In this document: in pieces, positions 19,127 through 29,819 of the stretch
How the letters are laid out: the number at the start of each line of letters is the position of its first letter
How positions within the stretch are numbered: position 1 is the first letter of the stretch
Source of the DNA: Candidatus Poribacteria bacterium
Lineage (GTDB): Bacteria > Poribacteria > WGA-4E > GCA-2687025
Direction of reading: 5' to 3'
DNA length: 64,000 nt
NCBI GenBank assembly: GCA_018644665.1
Contig: JABGQA010000077.1
Span: forward strand, 3,263-67,262
Notes under the pieces: generated by a model
What the model saw: only the letters and a program-made list of their open reading frames with translations
What the model was told of the DNA's origin: nothing
Databases searched by the model: none
Translations under genes and position numbers: made by a program

Positions 19127-21217
19127 TCAGGCGCCGTTCCGACCACGCGCGCGGTCTGCCAGTCCGCCTAACGCGCGTCGCAACTCCTTGCTCTCCGCAG
19201 CCGAGATGGCGCCGACCTGTCGGGAGATGGTGTACGCGCCGGTGTCCAGCGTCCCGCTCTCGAGCTCCTCGATGCCAGTTCGTATAGCGGCACGCGCCTC
19301 GTCGCGCTGTCCAAGCGCGATGCGCGCCTCGGCCAGTCCGAGGTACATCGCGAGGCGGGATGCGTCGAGGGACAGGTAGGAGAGCAACGCATCTTCCAGC
19401 AGCCGGGCCGCCTCGCCCGGCCGTTCCAGTTCCCGAAGGAGGGACGCCAACTCGCAGTGCGCCTCGGCGAAGTGGGGTTCACAGCGGATCGCATCCGTGT
19501 AGAGCGTCTCGGCCTCGGCGGCGCGGCCGAGTTCCGATGCCGTGCGGGCGAGGTAGGCTGACAGGTAGCCGTCGTCGGCGAGCGTGTGGGCCGCGCGTGA
19601 CAGCGCCTTCTGCGCGTCGGCGTACTTACGGTCCTCGTACAGCGTGATGCCCCGGTTCTTGTACAGCTGCGCCAGGAGCAGGCTATGCAGGCGCTCACGG
19701 AGTTGGGCGCCGTGCTCGCGCTCCAGATATGCGTCCGTGATGTAGGCTCGGAGTCTGGCGTCGCTGAAGGCCATGAGACCTTCTATCTCGTCGGCCTCTA
19801 GTGCGCGTGGATTCACGCGGGTGAAACACCCGATCGCGCCCTGTATCGCCGCCAGGACGCCCTTCGCGCCGATCGACGCGCGCGATGCGAAGACGCGGTC
19901 GGCGTAGTTATAGATCGTCAGCAGGTGTCGCGGCTTCGCCCGCAGCACGGCCTCGACGTCGGCGGCGTAGTTGGGCGAGCCGCAGGTCGCATACATGCAA
20001 CGCACGTACGGATCGTCCTCCCATCCGCGTATGCGTTCGAGTTCCATGCGCGCCTGGTCGCGCTGGCCGCTACAGCCGGCGAAGTACCATGCTCGGTCTA
20101 TCTGCTGCCGGCGTGCGTCGACAGCGAAGCGCCGCAGACGGTCGCTTCGCCGGGCGCGGAAATCGGCGTCGATGGTGTACACATGCGTGTCCAGGAATGC
20201 CTGCACTTGGGTCGTCCACGGCGCCTCCACGCTCACGTAGCGGTGGCCCGCTTCCGCGATCCGCATCCGTTCAGCGTCGTGGTCGAGGTAGTAGTGGATG
20301 GCGTCGGCGGCCTCGTCAAACTCGTCGTAGTAGACGATGTGTTCGCCCTCGACCAGCGGGCGGACAAGGCCACCCACGCGGTTGGGGCGCTTGGCAATCA
20401 CCATTGCCCCGGCCGCCATAGCCTCGCCCACGCGGTACGTCAGGTTCGGTGGGCCCTGGCCGGAGTGCTGGAAGCCCATCTTGGAGCGCGCGTATAGGCG
20501 CATCATGTCGCGCATGAACCGGCCCTGAAGGGCGCACACGGTCACGCCGTCACCGGTCAGCCGCCTCAGCTTCTCCAGCTCGAGACATCGGAGCCGCGTT
20601 AGCGTCGGCACCGAGTGCCCCACGAAGGAGATGTCGATCTCCCGGTCGGCGAACCTGACCGGCTCCTCCGGCGTCAGCCAACTTGCTGTGAAGTAGTTGA
20701 AGCAGACCCAGTTGTCGTGTCCGGCTTGCCGGAAGCTGTCCTCGATCTCGGAGTATGCCGTGCCAACGAGGTCGAAGTAGTAGGACAGGTGATGGTACGC
20801 GTCTACGTTCTTGAACTCATCCTCTAGCCAGGCGACCGTCGGGACAGGACACTCCGCGAGACCGCGGGGGAGGAATCCCGTGCTCGGTCGCAGGTAGAAG
20901 ACCCAATCGGGCCGGCCGCCGATCAACTGGAAGATGTCGTCCAGTTCCGCGTCGAGCGCGACGGTTCGGTAGGAGCACCCGGGGTCGACGTCACGCCAGA
21001 CCTCCGCGGAGCCGTAATCGCCATGTGGCCCGACGCACACGACGTCGTGCCCCAGCTCGCGGAGCCCCCGTTCGAACGTGTGAAGACAGGGCACGGGGGG
21101 ATATGAATGCAGAACGAGGACCCGGTCGCCGGGCTTCGGTGCGCGGTAGTCGCCGTCGCGTTCGGTCTCAACGAGTGGCGTCGCTGAGGCCGGTCGCTGG
21201 TCTTCTGACACCATCAT
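19127..21217 (-). CDS. CgeB-like glycosyltransferase fused to TPR repeats
   Basis: REIDISFVG, YARSKMGF, YRVGEAMAAGA, EHIVYY, ERMRIAEAGH; C-terminal TPR-like helices (AIRCEPHFAEAHCELA). Confidence 0.75.
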   Translation of the reverse strand: MMVSEDQRPASATPLVETERDGDYRAPKPGDRVLVLHSYPPVPCLHTFERGLRELGHDVVCVGPHGDYGSAEVWRDVDPGCSYRTVALDAELDDIFQLIGGRPDWVFYLRPSTGFLPRGLAECPVPTVAWLEDEFKNVDAYHHLSYYFDLVGTAYSEIEDSFRQAGHDNWVCFNYFTASWLTPEEPVRFADREIDISFVGHSVPTLTRLRCLELEKLRRLTGDGVTVCALQGRFMRDMMRLYARSKMGFQHSGQGPPNLTYRVGEAMAAGAMVIAKRPNRVGGLVRPLVEGEHIVYYDEFDEAADAIHYYLDHDAERMRIAEAGHRYVSVEAPWTTQVQAFLDTHVYTIDADFRARRSDRLRRFAVDARRQQIDRAWYFAGCSGQRDQARMELERIRGWEDDPYVRCMYATCGSPNYAADVEAVLRAKPRHLLTIYNYADRVFASRASIGAKGVLAAIQGAIGCFTRVNPRALEADEIEGLMAFSDARLRAYITDAYLEREHGAQLRERLHSLLLAQLYKNRGITLYEDRKYADAQKALSRAAHTLADDGYLSAYLARTASELGRAAEAETLYTDAIRCEPHFAEAHCELASLLRELERPGEAARLLEDALLSYLSLDASRLAMYLGLAEARIALGQRDEARAAIRTGIEELESGTLDTGAYTISRQVGAISAAESKELRRALGGLADRARGRNGA

Positions 21218-21639
21218 CACCCCGAGTTGGCCGTCCGACGGACACGGTGCCGGCCGCGCTACGCCCATGCTCCTACGTGCGTGACCCACTATCGCCGCGC
21301 GGCGCGTGGCTGACAAGCGCTTCGGGCGCCTGCGGCGTCGGAGGCGTGCGTTGGCGGGAGCCCGGCGGCAAGGCCTTCGGCCGTGCCCAGCGGGCCGCCG
21401 CTCCCGGAGGACCAACACCGCATGGCCACACGCCCTGCATCGTGGCGGCTTGACCGGTACGCCCGATTCATGTAATTAGCTTCTGTCAGCTTGGGTAAGG
21501 GGGAGGCCGCGCCAGGAGACCGGACGCGCTGGCGTGCGTCGGATCGTGGAGTGCTCCGCACACCTGTCGTCTGCGCTAACGACGCGTTCTCGCGTCGCGA
21601 CCCGCCAACTACGCCTTCTCGTCTCTTTGGAGGATTTGC

Positions 21640-22941
21640 ATGCTTAGCAAGGCGCGACGGACGTTGTGCGTCCGCGTGAGCGCGGTGCTGCTGTTAGCTT
21701 TGGCGGCCCCTTACGCGTTCGCTCAAGACGGCTTGGACAGCGGCGACACGGCCTGGATGATCGTATCGTCCGCGCTTGTCATGCTGATGGTGCCAGGCCT
21801 CGCTCTGTTCTACGCGGGCATGGTACGCCGCAAGAACGTGTTGAGCTCGATGATGCACTCCTTTATCGCGCTCGGGGTCATCACCGTGCAATGGGTGGTC
21901 GTGGGCTACTCCATCGCGTTCGGCGAGGACATCGGCGGCCTCCTCGGGAACCCCGCGACGAAATTCCTCCTGCTGGGCATCACGCCGGAAACGCTGAGTG
22001 GGAGCGTGCCGGAGCTCGTGTTCGCGATGTTCCAGGGGATGTTCGCGATCATTACCCCGGCGCTCATCGCCGGCGCCATCGCGGAGCGCGTGAAGTTCAG
22101 CACGTACATCGTATTCATCTTGCTATGGGCGACGCTCGTGTACGACCCGTTGGCCCACTGGGTCTGGGGCCCGGGCGGTTGGTTGCTGGAGCGAGGCGCG
22201 CTCGACTTCGCCGGAGGCACAGTGGTCCACCTGTCGTCGGGTGTATCGGCTCTTGTGATCGTGATAATGATCGGTAAGCGTCGCGGCTTCCCGAGCGGCG
22301 ACATGATGCCCCACAACCTGACGATGACGTTGCTCGGAGCCGGGTTGCTGTGGTTCGGGTGGTTTGGGTTCAACGCGGGAAGCGCGGTGGCCGCCAACGC
22401 GTCCGCCGGTTTGGCGTTCACAGTGACGCACATCGCCGCTGGTAGCGGGGCTCTCGGCTGGTTGTTGGTGGAGCGGTGGCATCGAGGTCACGCGTCTGCT
22501 CTCGGCGCGGCGTCTGGGCTGGTCGCAGGGCTCGTAGGCATCACGCCGGCCGCGGGCTTCGTCGCTCCGTGGGCGGCGATCCTGATCGGGTTCGGCGCCG
22601 GCTGTATCTGCTACGGCGCGATCGTGATGAAAGGTCGCCTCGGGTACGACGACTCCCTCGATGTGGTGGGCGTCCACGGCGTCGGCGGGACCTGGGGAGC
22701 GCTAGCCACGGGCGTGTTCGCGATGGCCGCCTTCGGTGGCGCGAGCGGACTGCTCGAAGGCAACGTCTCCCAGTTCATCACGCAGGTCGTCGGCGTCTTG
22801 GCCGCGGGTCTGTACGCGGCAGTCGTGACGGCGATCATCGTGTTCGCTCTGGATAAGACGATGGGCTTCCGCGTGGACGACGAGGAAGAACAGATCGGTC
22901 TCGACCAGGTCGAGCATGGCGAAGTCGGGTACAACTTCTAG
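21640..22941 (+). CDS. amtB: ammonium transporter
   Basis: PGLALFYAG, FQGMFAIIT, DFAGGTVVH, LLWFGWFGFNAGS, DDSLDVVGVHG, GLDQVEHGE. Confidence 0.96.
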   Translation: MLSKARRTLCVRVSAVLLLALAAPYAFAQDGLDSGDTAWMIVSSALVMLMVPGLALFYAGMVRRKNVLSSMMHSFIALGVITVQWVVVGYSIAFGEDIGGLLGNPATKFLLLGITPETLSGSVPELVFAMFQGMFAIITPALIAGAIAERVKFSTYIVFILLWATLVYDPLAHWVWGPGGWLLERGALDFAGGTVVHLSSGVSALVIVIMIGKRRGFPSGDMMPHNLTMTLLGAGLLWFGWFGFNAGSAVAANASAGLAFTVTHIAAGSGALGWLLVERWHRGHASALGAASGLVAGLVGITPAAGFVAPWAAILIGFGAGCICYGAIVMKGRLGYDDSLDVVGVHGVGGTWGALATGVFAMAAFGGASGLLEGNVSQFITQVVGVLAAGLYAAVVTAIIVFALDKTMGFRVDDEEEQIGLDQVEHGEVGYNF

Positions 22942-22958
22942 ACCCGAAGGGATTCGCT

Positions 22959-23879
22959 ATGCTGATCGCCACCGATACCCATGTCTACGCCCACTCCCCG
23001 GACGGCGCCGCGCCTAAGGCGCTGTACGGGGACGGCTCCATCGAACGGATCGCCCGGCACGGAGACGCAGCCATCATCGCCCTGGCAGACGGTGATCTGG
23101 TCGTGATCGACGCGGGCGGAAGGCGGAAGATAACCACGGGCGTGCCAGAGGAGGTGGCGGCGCTGCTCGCACTGTCGACCGACCCGCTAAACGTCCTGAT
23201 AGGTACGGACGATAGCGCGCTGGTCTATCGCCTGCGGGGCGACGGGCCGGCGGAGCGCGTCGAGTCGTTCGACGCGCTCGAATGCCGATCGGACTGGTAC
23301 ACGCCGTGGGGAGGCCCGCCTGCCGTGCGGGCCTTCGCGGTGTCCACGGATGGGTGGGTCTACGCCGATATCCACGTCGGGAGCATCATGCGGTCGCCCG
23401 ATGGAGGCGAGACGTGGGAGCCCGTCACGCCGGACCTCCACGTCGATGTCCACGAGGTCGCGACGTCCCCTGTCGATCCGGATCGGCTGTATGCCAACAC
23501 CGCGAACGCGGTATTCATCAGCGACGACCGCGGCATGACGTGGACCCATCGGCCTGACGGACTCTCCGCGCGTTACGGCCGCGCGATCGCGACGCATCCG
23601 GCCGATCGCGACGTCGTGTTAGCCACCGTCAGCAACGGCCCTGGCGGCGGCGACGCGAGGCTCTACCGCACAGAAGATGCGGGCGTGACGTGGGCGCACG
23701 TGGCTGACGGCTTCCCGGCGTCGTGCGAGAAGAACATCGACACGTTCCAGGTCGCATTCACCTCAGACGGGACGGCGTGGGCCGCCGTGGGGTCGACGCT
23801 CTACTCGGGTCGGAGCGGCGGCGCCGAGTGGGCCACGGCCTGGGAGGCCCCGGACGCGATTCAGATGCTGGCAGCGTAG
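22959..23879 (+). CDS. BNR/Asp-box beta-propeller protein
   Basis: Asp-boxes SPDGGETW, SDDRGMTW, TEDAGVTW, GRSGGAEW; WYTPWGGPP and DVH motifs. Confidence 0.8.
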   Translation: MLIATDTHVYAHSPDGAAPKALYGDGSIERIARHGDAAIIALADGDLVVIDAGGRRKITTGVPEEVAALLALSTDPLNVLIGTDDSALVYRLRGDGPAERVESFDALECRSDWYTPWGGPPAVRAFAVSTDGWVYADIHVGSIMRSPDGGETWEPVTPDLHVDVHEVATSPVDPDRLYANTANAVFISDDRGMTWTHRPDGLSARYGRAIATHPADRDVVLATVSNGPGGGDARLYRTEDAGVTWAHVADGFPASCEKNIDTFQVAFTSDGTAWAAVGSTLYSGRSGGAEWATAWEAPDAIQMLAA

Positions 23880-24266
23880 ACGCGCCTACCAAGACAGGCC
23901 GCGTCAGCGGCCGCCGCGCCGTCAGATTGCGCGCGATAGCCTCAAGCTCGCGGTGACGGCATCCATGTCAGAAGCGCCGACGACCGTCGTGGGCCTGCGC
24001 GAAGCCCACGAGTCCCTTTCCAAGGACGTGGCTCGCGGCTTCGGCGTGGTACCGCGCCGGGGGAGTACCGGTGCTGTGCCCCAACCGCTCGGATCGCCGA
24101 GACCCCACCGGAATGAGGCGCCATTGCGTTTCGTCGGTCTAGGGTTGGGAGTATGATTGCGGATGCGCCGACGTGGGCGGGCCGGAGTCCCGCCGAACGT
24201 CGGTCGACGAACCGGGACGCATGCGGCCGTCAGGCCGAGAGACACGTTGCACGTCGGGAGTGAAGC

Positions 24267-24908
24267 GTGAAGAAGCCAAAGTACACGCCGGACGTATTCG
24301 ACATTCGCAACCTGGCTGAGGCGAAGTCCGTCATCCTGACCCCCGAGGAGAAGACAACGACCGACGAGCGGTGGGAACGAGAGACACCGTTCGTCGTCGG
24401 CGAGATCGTCCGACTCATGGAGCCTACTGCCGACAGTGTTATCCTGGACTATGGGTGCGGCATTGGACGTATCGCGCGAGAGCTGATCCGCCACTCAGGC
24501 TGCATCGTCATCGGGGTTGATATCAGCGTCCGCATGCGGTCCTTCGCGCGGGCGTATGTCCGGTCCGAGAGATTCGTGGCCTGCTCCACATCGGAGCTGG
24601 ATCGAATGATGCAGGACGGTTGCCGCGTCGATCACGCATACACCGTGTGGGTGCTCCAGCATTGTGCCGATCCCTCCAGCGACGTCGCCCGTATGGCGTG
24701 TGCCGTGGGCGCCGGCGGCCGCCTGTACGTGGTCAACATGCATGACCGACGCGTCCCAACCGATGTGGGATGGGTCGACGATGAGCAGGACGTGAACGCA
24801 GTGATATCCAACCAGTTCGAGCCCCTCTGGACCGCGCCATTGCCGGAGGACGTCGTATCGAACGAACTGCGGGATGCTGCAGCCTGCAGCCTGTGGCGTC
24901 GCCCCTGA
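24267..24908 (+). CDS. class I SAM-dependent methyltransferase
   Basis: ILDYGCGIGR, GVDIS, WVLQH. Confidence 0.85.
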   Translation: MKKPKYTPDVFDIRNLAEAKSVILTPEEKTTTDERWERETPFVVGEIVRLMEPTADSVILDYGCGIGRIARELIRHSGCIVIGVDISVRMRSFARAYVRSERFVACSTSELDRMMQDGCRVDHAYTVWVLQHCADPSSDVARMACAVGAGGRLYVVNMHDRRVPTDVGWVDDEQDVNAVISNQFEPLWTAPLPEDVVSNELRDAAACSLWRRP

Positions 24909-25300
24909 TCGCCGCGACGACAGGGCGCCATAGGGAAGGCCGCGGGATCGCCGGACAAGGCGAGAGATACCGGGTTCCCCATGGCTGTGGCCCGTGCAAC
25001 TCCGCACATGAGGTCCCAGGCGGCATCGACGCGATCTCGGGACCGTGCCATTGGGCGGCCAGCCAGGCGGACTGCCCGATGACCCGCTGAGTCAGTGCCG
25101 CATGGACCGATCGTGCCACGCGGTTGACCGCCAATCACATCTCTCGCCACCGAAGCGCCGTCGGCACGCCGGTATTCCGCTCACGCGTCGACGCGTAGGC
25201 AGACGTCTGCCGTCACGCCCGCGGCCACGACGCCGGCCGGTCGGCTATTGTCGTCTCGGGATGGCCTGCGGATCGGAATCGCGTCACGTTGGAGGCGGGC

Positions 25301-27163
25301 ATGCGGGAACGTACTCGCGATCGCGTGGAGCGCTGCACGCATGAGTTCGACGTGTGCGTGGTCGGCGGTGGCATGGCGGGGATGTGCGCGGCGATCGCGT
25401 CCGCGCGGCGGGGAGCGCGTACGGCGATCGTACACGATCGGCCGGTCTATGGCGGCAACGCGTCGTCTGAGATTCGCATGTGGATCTGCGGCGCCCACGG
25501 CCGCAACAACAAGGAAACCGGCATCCTCGAAGAGATCCTGCTCGCGAACGCCCGGCGCAACCCGGCCGGGAACTACTCCATCTGGGATAGCGTCCTCTAC
25601 GAGAAGATCCACTTCCAGCCTGGCCTAACCGCCTTTCTCAACAACTCGTGCATGGGCGCCGAGACGGAGCGCGACGGCGACCGCACGCACATCACGGCGA
25701 TCGACGCGTGGCAGACCACGACGCAGGTGCTCCACACCATCAGGGCGTCCCTGTTCATCGACTGCTCCGGCGACAGCATTCTGGCGGCCGATAGCGGCGC
25801 GCGCTTCCGCATGGGGCGCGAAGCTCGGGATGAATTCGACGAGGACATCGAACCGGAAGTCGGCGACAGCAAGACCATGGGCAGCTCGCTGCTCATACAG
25901 ATGCGGAAGACGTCGGAACCACAGCCCTTCACGCCGCCGCGCTGGGCGTACACCTTCGAGGGCCCAGAGGATCTACCGCACCGCATACGCGGCGTGCACG
26001 GCGCCAACTTCTGGTGGCTGGAGTTGGGCGGACTACAGGACACGATCCGCGATGCGGAGTCCATCCGCCACGAACTCCTTAAGGTGGGCTATGGCGTCTG
26101 GGACTACATCAAGAACCGCGCACCAGAGCGCGATGAGGCCGCCGACTGGGGACTGGAGTGGCTCGGTTCGCTGCCCGGCAAGCGCGAGAGCCGCCGCTAT
26201 GTCGGCGACCACATCCTCTCGCAGAACGACATTCGTGATGGAGGCCAGTTCGACGACATCGTGGCCTACGGTGGATGGACGATGGACGACCATCACCCGG
26301 CCGGACTCCTGTATCCCGGCAAGCCGACGATCTTCCACCCGGCTCCGTCGCCGTATGGCATCCCGTATCGCTGCATCTACTCCGCGAACGTCGACAACCT
26401 GCTGTTCGCGGGCCGCAACATCTCCGTGACGCATGCGGCGCTATCGTCGACGCGCGTCATGGCGACGTGTGCGGTGGTAGGGCAGGCCGCGGGGACGGCG
26501 GCAGCCTTGTGTGTTCGGCACGGGGTTGCGCCCGTGGCGTTGCCGCGCGAGCGTACAGGCGAGCTCCAAGCCGCGCTGATGCACGACGACGCCTGGTTGC
26601 CCGGCCGGACGCGTCAAATCGATGACCTCTCCCGCAGCGGAACGCTATCCGGCGACGGGGACGGACTCCCGCTGCTGCTCGACGGGCACGACCGCGACCT
26701 TGGAGAGACGGCCCACGGTTGGGGCGGCCCTCTGGGAGGCGAGCTGACCTATCGATGGGAACGTCCGGTGATAGTGGGGGGCGTCCGCTTCGTTTTCGAC
26801 AGCGACCTGACGGACACAAAGCGCATGCCGTGTAGCTTCCCACAGCAAAGCGACCGGTCGGCGATGCCGGGCTCGCTCGTGCGCGCGTTCCGGGTCGACG
26901 CATGGCGCGGCGATGGCTGGCAGACGCTGTTCCGCGAAGACGACAACGCCCTGCGCGTGGTGTACGCCCCAATCAAAGTCGAGACGACTCGCTTGCGCTT
27001 CGTGCCCGAAGCCACTTGGGGCGCCGACGCGGTGTCGCTGTTCGGCTTCGAAGCGCTCCGCGAAGGACGCGACGGCGCCCCGCGCCCACCCGCGGGCGGG
27101 CGCTTCCGCGATGTCGTTGCGGCCACGCCGGAGGCGGACCTTGCCCCGCCGAACGGGACGTGA
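25301..27163 (+). CDS. FAD-dependent oxidoreductase (FAD_oxidored family) with C-terminal discoidin-like domain
   Basis: VVGGGMAG, GGNASSE, IDCSGD, GKRESRR, GGWTMDDH, YGIPYR, NLLFAGR, STRVMATC; GGAGG RBS. Confidence 0.88.
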   Translation: MRERTRDRVERCTHEFDVCVVGGGMAGMCAAIASARRGARTAIVHDRPVYGGNASSEIRMWICGAHGRNNKETGILEEILLANARRNPAGNYSIWDSVLYEKIHFQPGLTAFLNNSCMGAETERDGDRTHITAIDAWQTTTQVLHTIRASLFIDCSGDSILAADSGARFRMGREARDEFDEDIEPEVGDSKTMGSSLLIQMRKTSEPQPFTPPRWAYTFEGPEDLPHRIRGVHGANFWWLELGGLQDTIRDAESIRHELLKVGYGVWDYIKNRAPERDEAADWGLEWLGSLPGKRESRRYVGDHILSQNDIRDGGQFDDIVAYGGWTMDDHHPAGLLYPGKPTIFHPAPSPYGIPYRCIYSANVDNLLFAGRNISVTHAALSSTRVMATCAVVGQAAGTAAALCVRHGVAPVALPRERTGELQAALMHDDAWLPGRTRQIDDLSRSGTLSGDGDGLPLLLDGHDRDLGETAHGWGGPLGGELTYRWERPVIVGGVRFVFDSDLTDTKRMPCSFPQQSDRSAMPGSLVRAFRVDAWRGDGWQTLFREDDNALRVVYAPIKVETTRLRFVPEATWGADAVSLFGFEALREGRDGAPRPPAGGRFRDVVAATPEADLAPPNGT

Positions 27164-27323
27164 GGACTACCGCGCTCTACGGGCCATCAGCCGCCGACAG
27201 CACGGACGGCCGCGTCTCGCGACGCGTGGCTACGCCCATTTAGCCTGAAGATCATCGTCGTGCGCTCGCCCCGGTGCGCGCCATCCGGCCCGCGCGCCGT
27301 ACAACAGGTTGGAGGACCACAGC

Positions 27324-28167
27324 ATGTCAGATGAGCGCCTGCTCCTGCTCGGACTGGATGCAATGGCGAGATCCCATGAACTGGACTATTTCGCCGACGG
27401 GCATCGTGGCAGCACATTTTCTGTGTGTGGACAACGGCCTGGACGAGCGCGCGTCCTCGCGAATCGCGGAACTTGTCGACCTCAACTGGGCGTCCTCGCC
27501 TCTCTGCGAGCCGTTCCCGGACGCGTCGCCTCAACCGGGGCGGATCGACGAAATCGGCGCCGCGCTCGTCGAAGGCGCGGACGCGCTACGGCAAGTCGGC
27601 CACAACGCGATCTTCGCGATGCTGGCGGTCAAGGCGTTGCGCATGATGCCCGACGCAGCCACGGTCCCGCGCATCGACGGCGTATGCGCGATGATCCGCT
27701 CGTTCACACCTTGGCGCGACGTGGAGCCCGACCCGGATGTCGATCCACCCCCGTTCGCCGACGCAGCGGCGGCATCCCGGTTCATCCTGCGCGAAGCGAG
27801 CGCGGCGGTCGATCGGTTCGTCGGACTTGGGCAGGGATACGCCGGACACATGCTGACGTTTGGCCAGGCGCTCGTCGAGCTTGCGGCGATGGGAGATTTC
27901 GGATGGGCCGAAAGCTGCCGCACAGCGTTCCGCAAGTACGTGACCGTCACGCGGCGCGGACCCGAGCCGGAGTCCGTCCCCCGTCCTGATCACGAACCGA
28001 GCGACTTGCGGCCAACCGACTCGGCTTACTGGGAGAGACGAGGCGACAATGCCGTGGACATCGGGCACGCATTCAAGTACCCGTACAGCTACTACGACCT
28101 CCTGCGGCGCGCCGGCGATCCTGACCTGACAGGCGCCTGGGATGAGAAGGCGTACCACCTGTTCTGA
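27324..28167 (+). pseudogene. frameshifted hypothetical helical protein with four GH motifs
   Basis: GGAGG RBS and ATG 27324 give MSDERLLLLGLDAMARSHELDYFADGHRG; protein-like sequence continues in another frame from about 27410 (AHFLCVDNG...GHNAIF...GHMLTF...GHAFKY). Confidence 0.65.
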
Positions 28168-28367
28168 TCGCCCCGACATCGCCCGGTTCACACGCGCGCC
28201 GGGCCCGATTCGCCAGCGGAGTCAGGCTCTTCGGGGTGCTGCTACAGTCGTATCGGCGGCAAGGGCTGGCTTCGTATGCGGGCGGGCGGCGTGCGGATCG
28301 TCCACGGAACCGGCGACCGTAGGGGGATACCGGCGATCCAGATCGCGAAGCGGGAGCGACCGGGTAT

Positions 28368-29363
28368 CTATTCCTCGAGCCGAGTGGTCATCATCGCGGA
28401 CATCAGCTCGTAGTCGATGCGGTCGTAGAAACCTACCGCGTCCTTGTTCGACTGGGACACTCTCAACTGAACGCGCGGCGCATCGTGGTCGGCGGCCCAC
28501 CGCTCGATTGCGGTCATCAGCGCTCTTCCGACGCCTTTGCCCCGGTGTTCTTCGGGCACATGCACGTGCGACGTCATCGCCACAGAGCCGCCGACGTACG
28601 CTGCCGAGGGCATGATCCTCGTTCGCGCCACGCCGATCACGCCGTCTACGTCGGCGACGAAACAGCCCTGGTTGTCGTCAGCCACGATCGCATCGTACGC
28701 GTCGCGCGCGATGCCAGGTGGCTTCGGCGTAGTGTATTCGCCTGGGGCGACTTCCGCGTGATAGACGAGCGTGTCGAAGAGCAGATCCGACACCGCGGCA
28801 TAGTCGCTGGCGCCCGCGTCCCGGATCGACGGACTGACGGCTGGCGGGTTGTCACCGACGACGTGGCTTCGCACCTGCGTGATCTCACGATACCCGTGAC
28901 CCACGAAGAAGTTGAACGCGCCGTCATCTGCCCTAAGCGCCTCCGCGTCGACTCGTGTGACTTCGCGTTCGAGTATCCAGCGATGGGCACGGGTGAGGAG
29001 GGATGAGCCGACCCCCAGACGGCGGAGGGGCTCGATCACGAACAGATACGCGACCTGGCCAACACCCGTGGGTGGCAGCGACGGGCCGGAGAAGGCGGCG
29101 GCGCGTATCATGCCCACGAGTTGCCCGGCGGCCTCGGCAACGAGCAACGTCGAGCCGTCCGTCGAGATCGCCTTCTGCAGATACTCCAGGGTGCGTACCG
29201 GACGCTCCGGGTACTTGTAGATGTGCGGCAGAAGCTTGTTGTTCCTGCGCTCTGCGAGTTCAAACAGGAGGTGGACTTCGTCGTAGTCGCTTTCGCGGGC
29301 GACCCGTATCGCGAACTTCGCGGCTCCTGCCGAGCCTCGACCTCGTGCTGCTCGTCTGTTCAT
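28368..29363 (-). CDS. tandem GNAT N-acetyltransferase
   Basis: Two acetyl-CoA motifs (RRLGVGSSL, RGKGVGRAL) and two C-terminal FF/FY..GY-type motifs. Confidence 0.88.
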   Translation of the reverse strand: MNRRAARGRGSAGAAKFAIRVARESDYDEVHLLFELAERRNNKLLPHIYKYPERPVRTLEYLQKAISTDGSTLLVAEAAGQLVGMIRAAAFSGPSLPPTGVGQVAYLFVIEPLRRLGVGSSLLTRAHRWILEREVTRVDAEALRADDGAFNFFVGHGYREITQVRSHVVGDNPPAVSPSIRDAGASDYAAVSDLLFDTLVYHAEVAPGEYTTPKPPGIARDAYDAIVADDNQGCFVADVDGVIGVARTRIMPSAAYVGGSVAMTSHVHVPEEHRGKGVGRALMTAIERWAADHDAPRVQLRVSQSNKDAVGFYDRIDYELMSAMMTTRLEE

Positions 29364-29819
29364 GCGCCCTCGCCCGCCATCGGCACGCCATGCGTTGGAA
29401 CCCACAGCCACCGGTCAAAACACGGCCGGCGCGTGGCTCGCGTGAAGGGTGAGATTGCGGAGGAGGAACCCTCCGCCGGCCGCGATTTCCTCTGTCGGTC
29501 CGAGCGCTGCGCCGTGGTCATCCAGTTCATCCGAGGGAGGGAGGTGTGCTCTCAGTAGGAGGCATTCTGGCAGATGCGGCGGTTTTCGGCAAGGTGAACC
29601 AGCCACGCCCGGTGTGCGGAGAGTTTGTGGGCGCTGAGCCGGCGCAAGTCTGCGACATACGACCTGCTGTCGGAAGTCCCGACGGATCCTGACCCTGATC
29701 CTCGGCGTTGCTGAATCAGCGCCACACGCAGATCAGTTATTCTGCAGGCGCCATGCAGCGACCAGTCGCGTTCAGACGACGCATCCTGCCGCCCTTCCGC
29801 AGCAATCGCCCCATGTGCC

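Noticed and set aside
21460-21639. GlnR/TnrA box, ANTAR hairpins or glutamine riboswitch upstream of amtB
   Set aside because: TGTAATTAGCTTCTGTCA does not match TGTNA-N7-TNACA, and only one imperfect ANTAR-like hairpin is visible.
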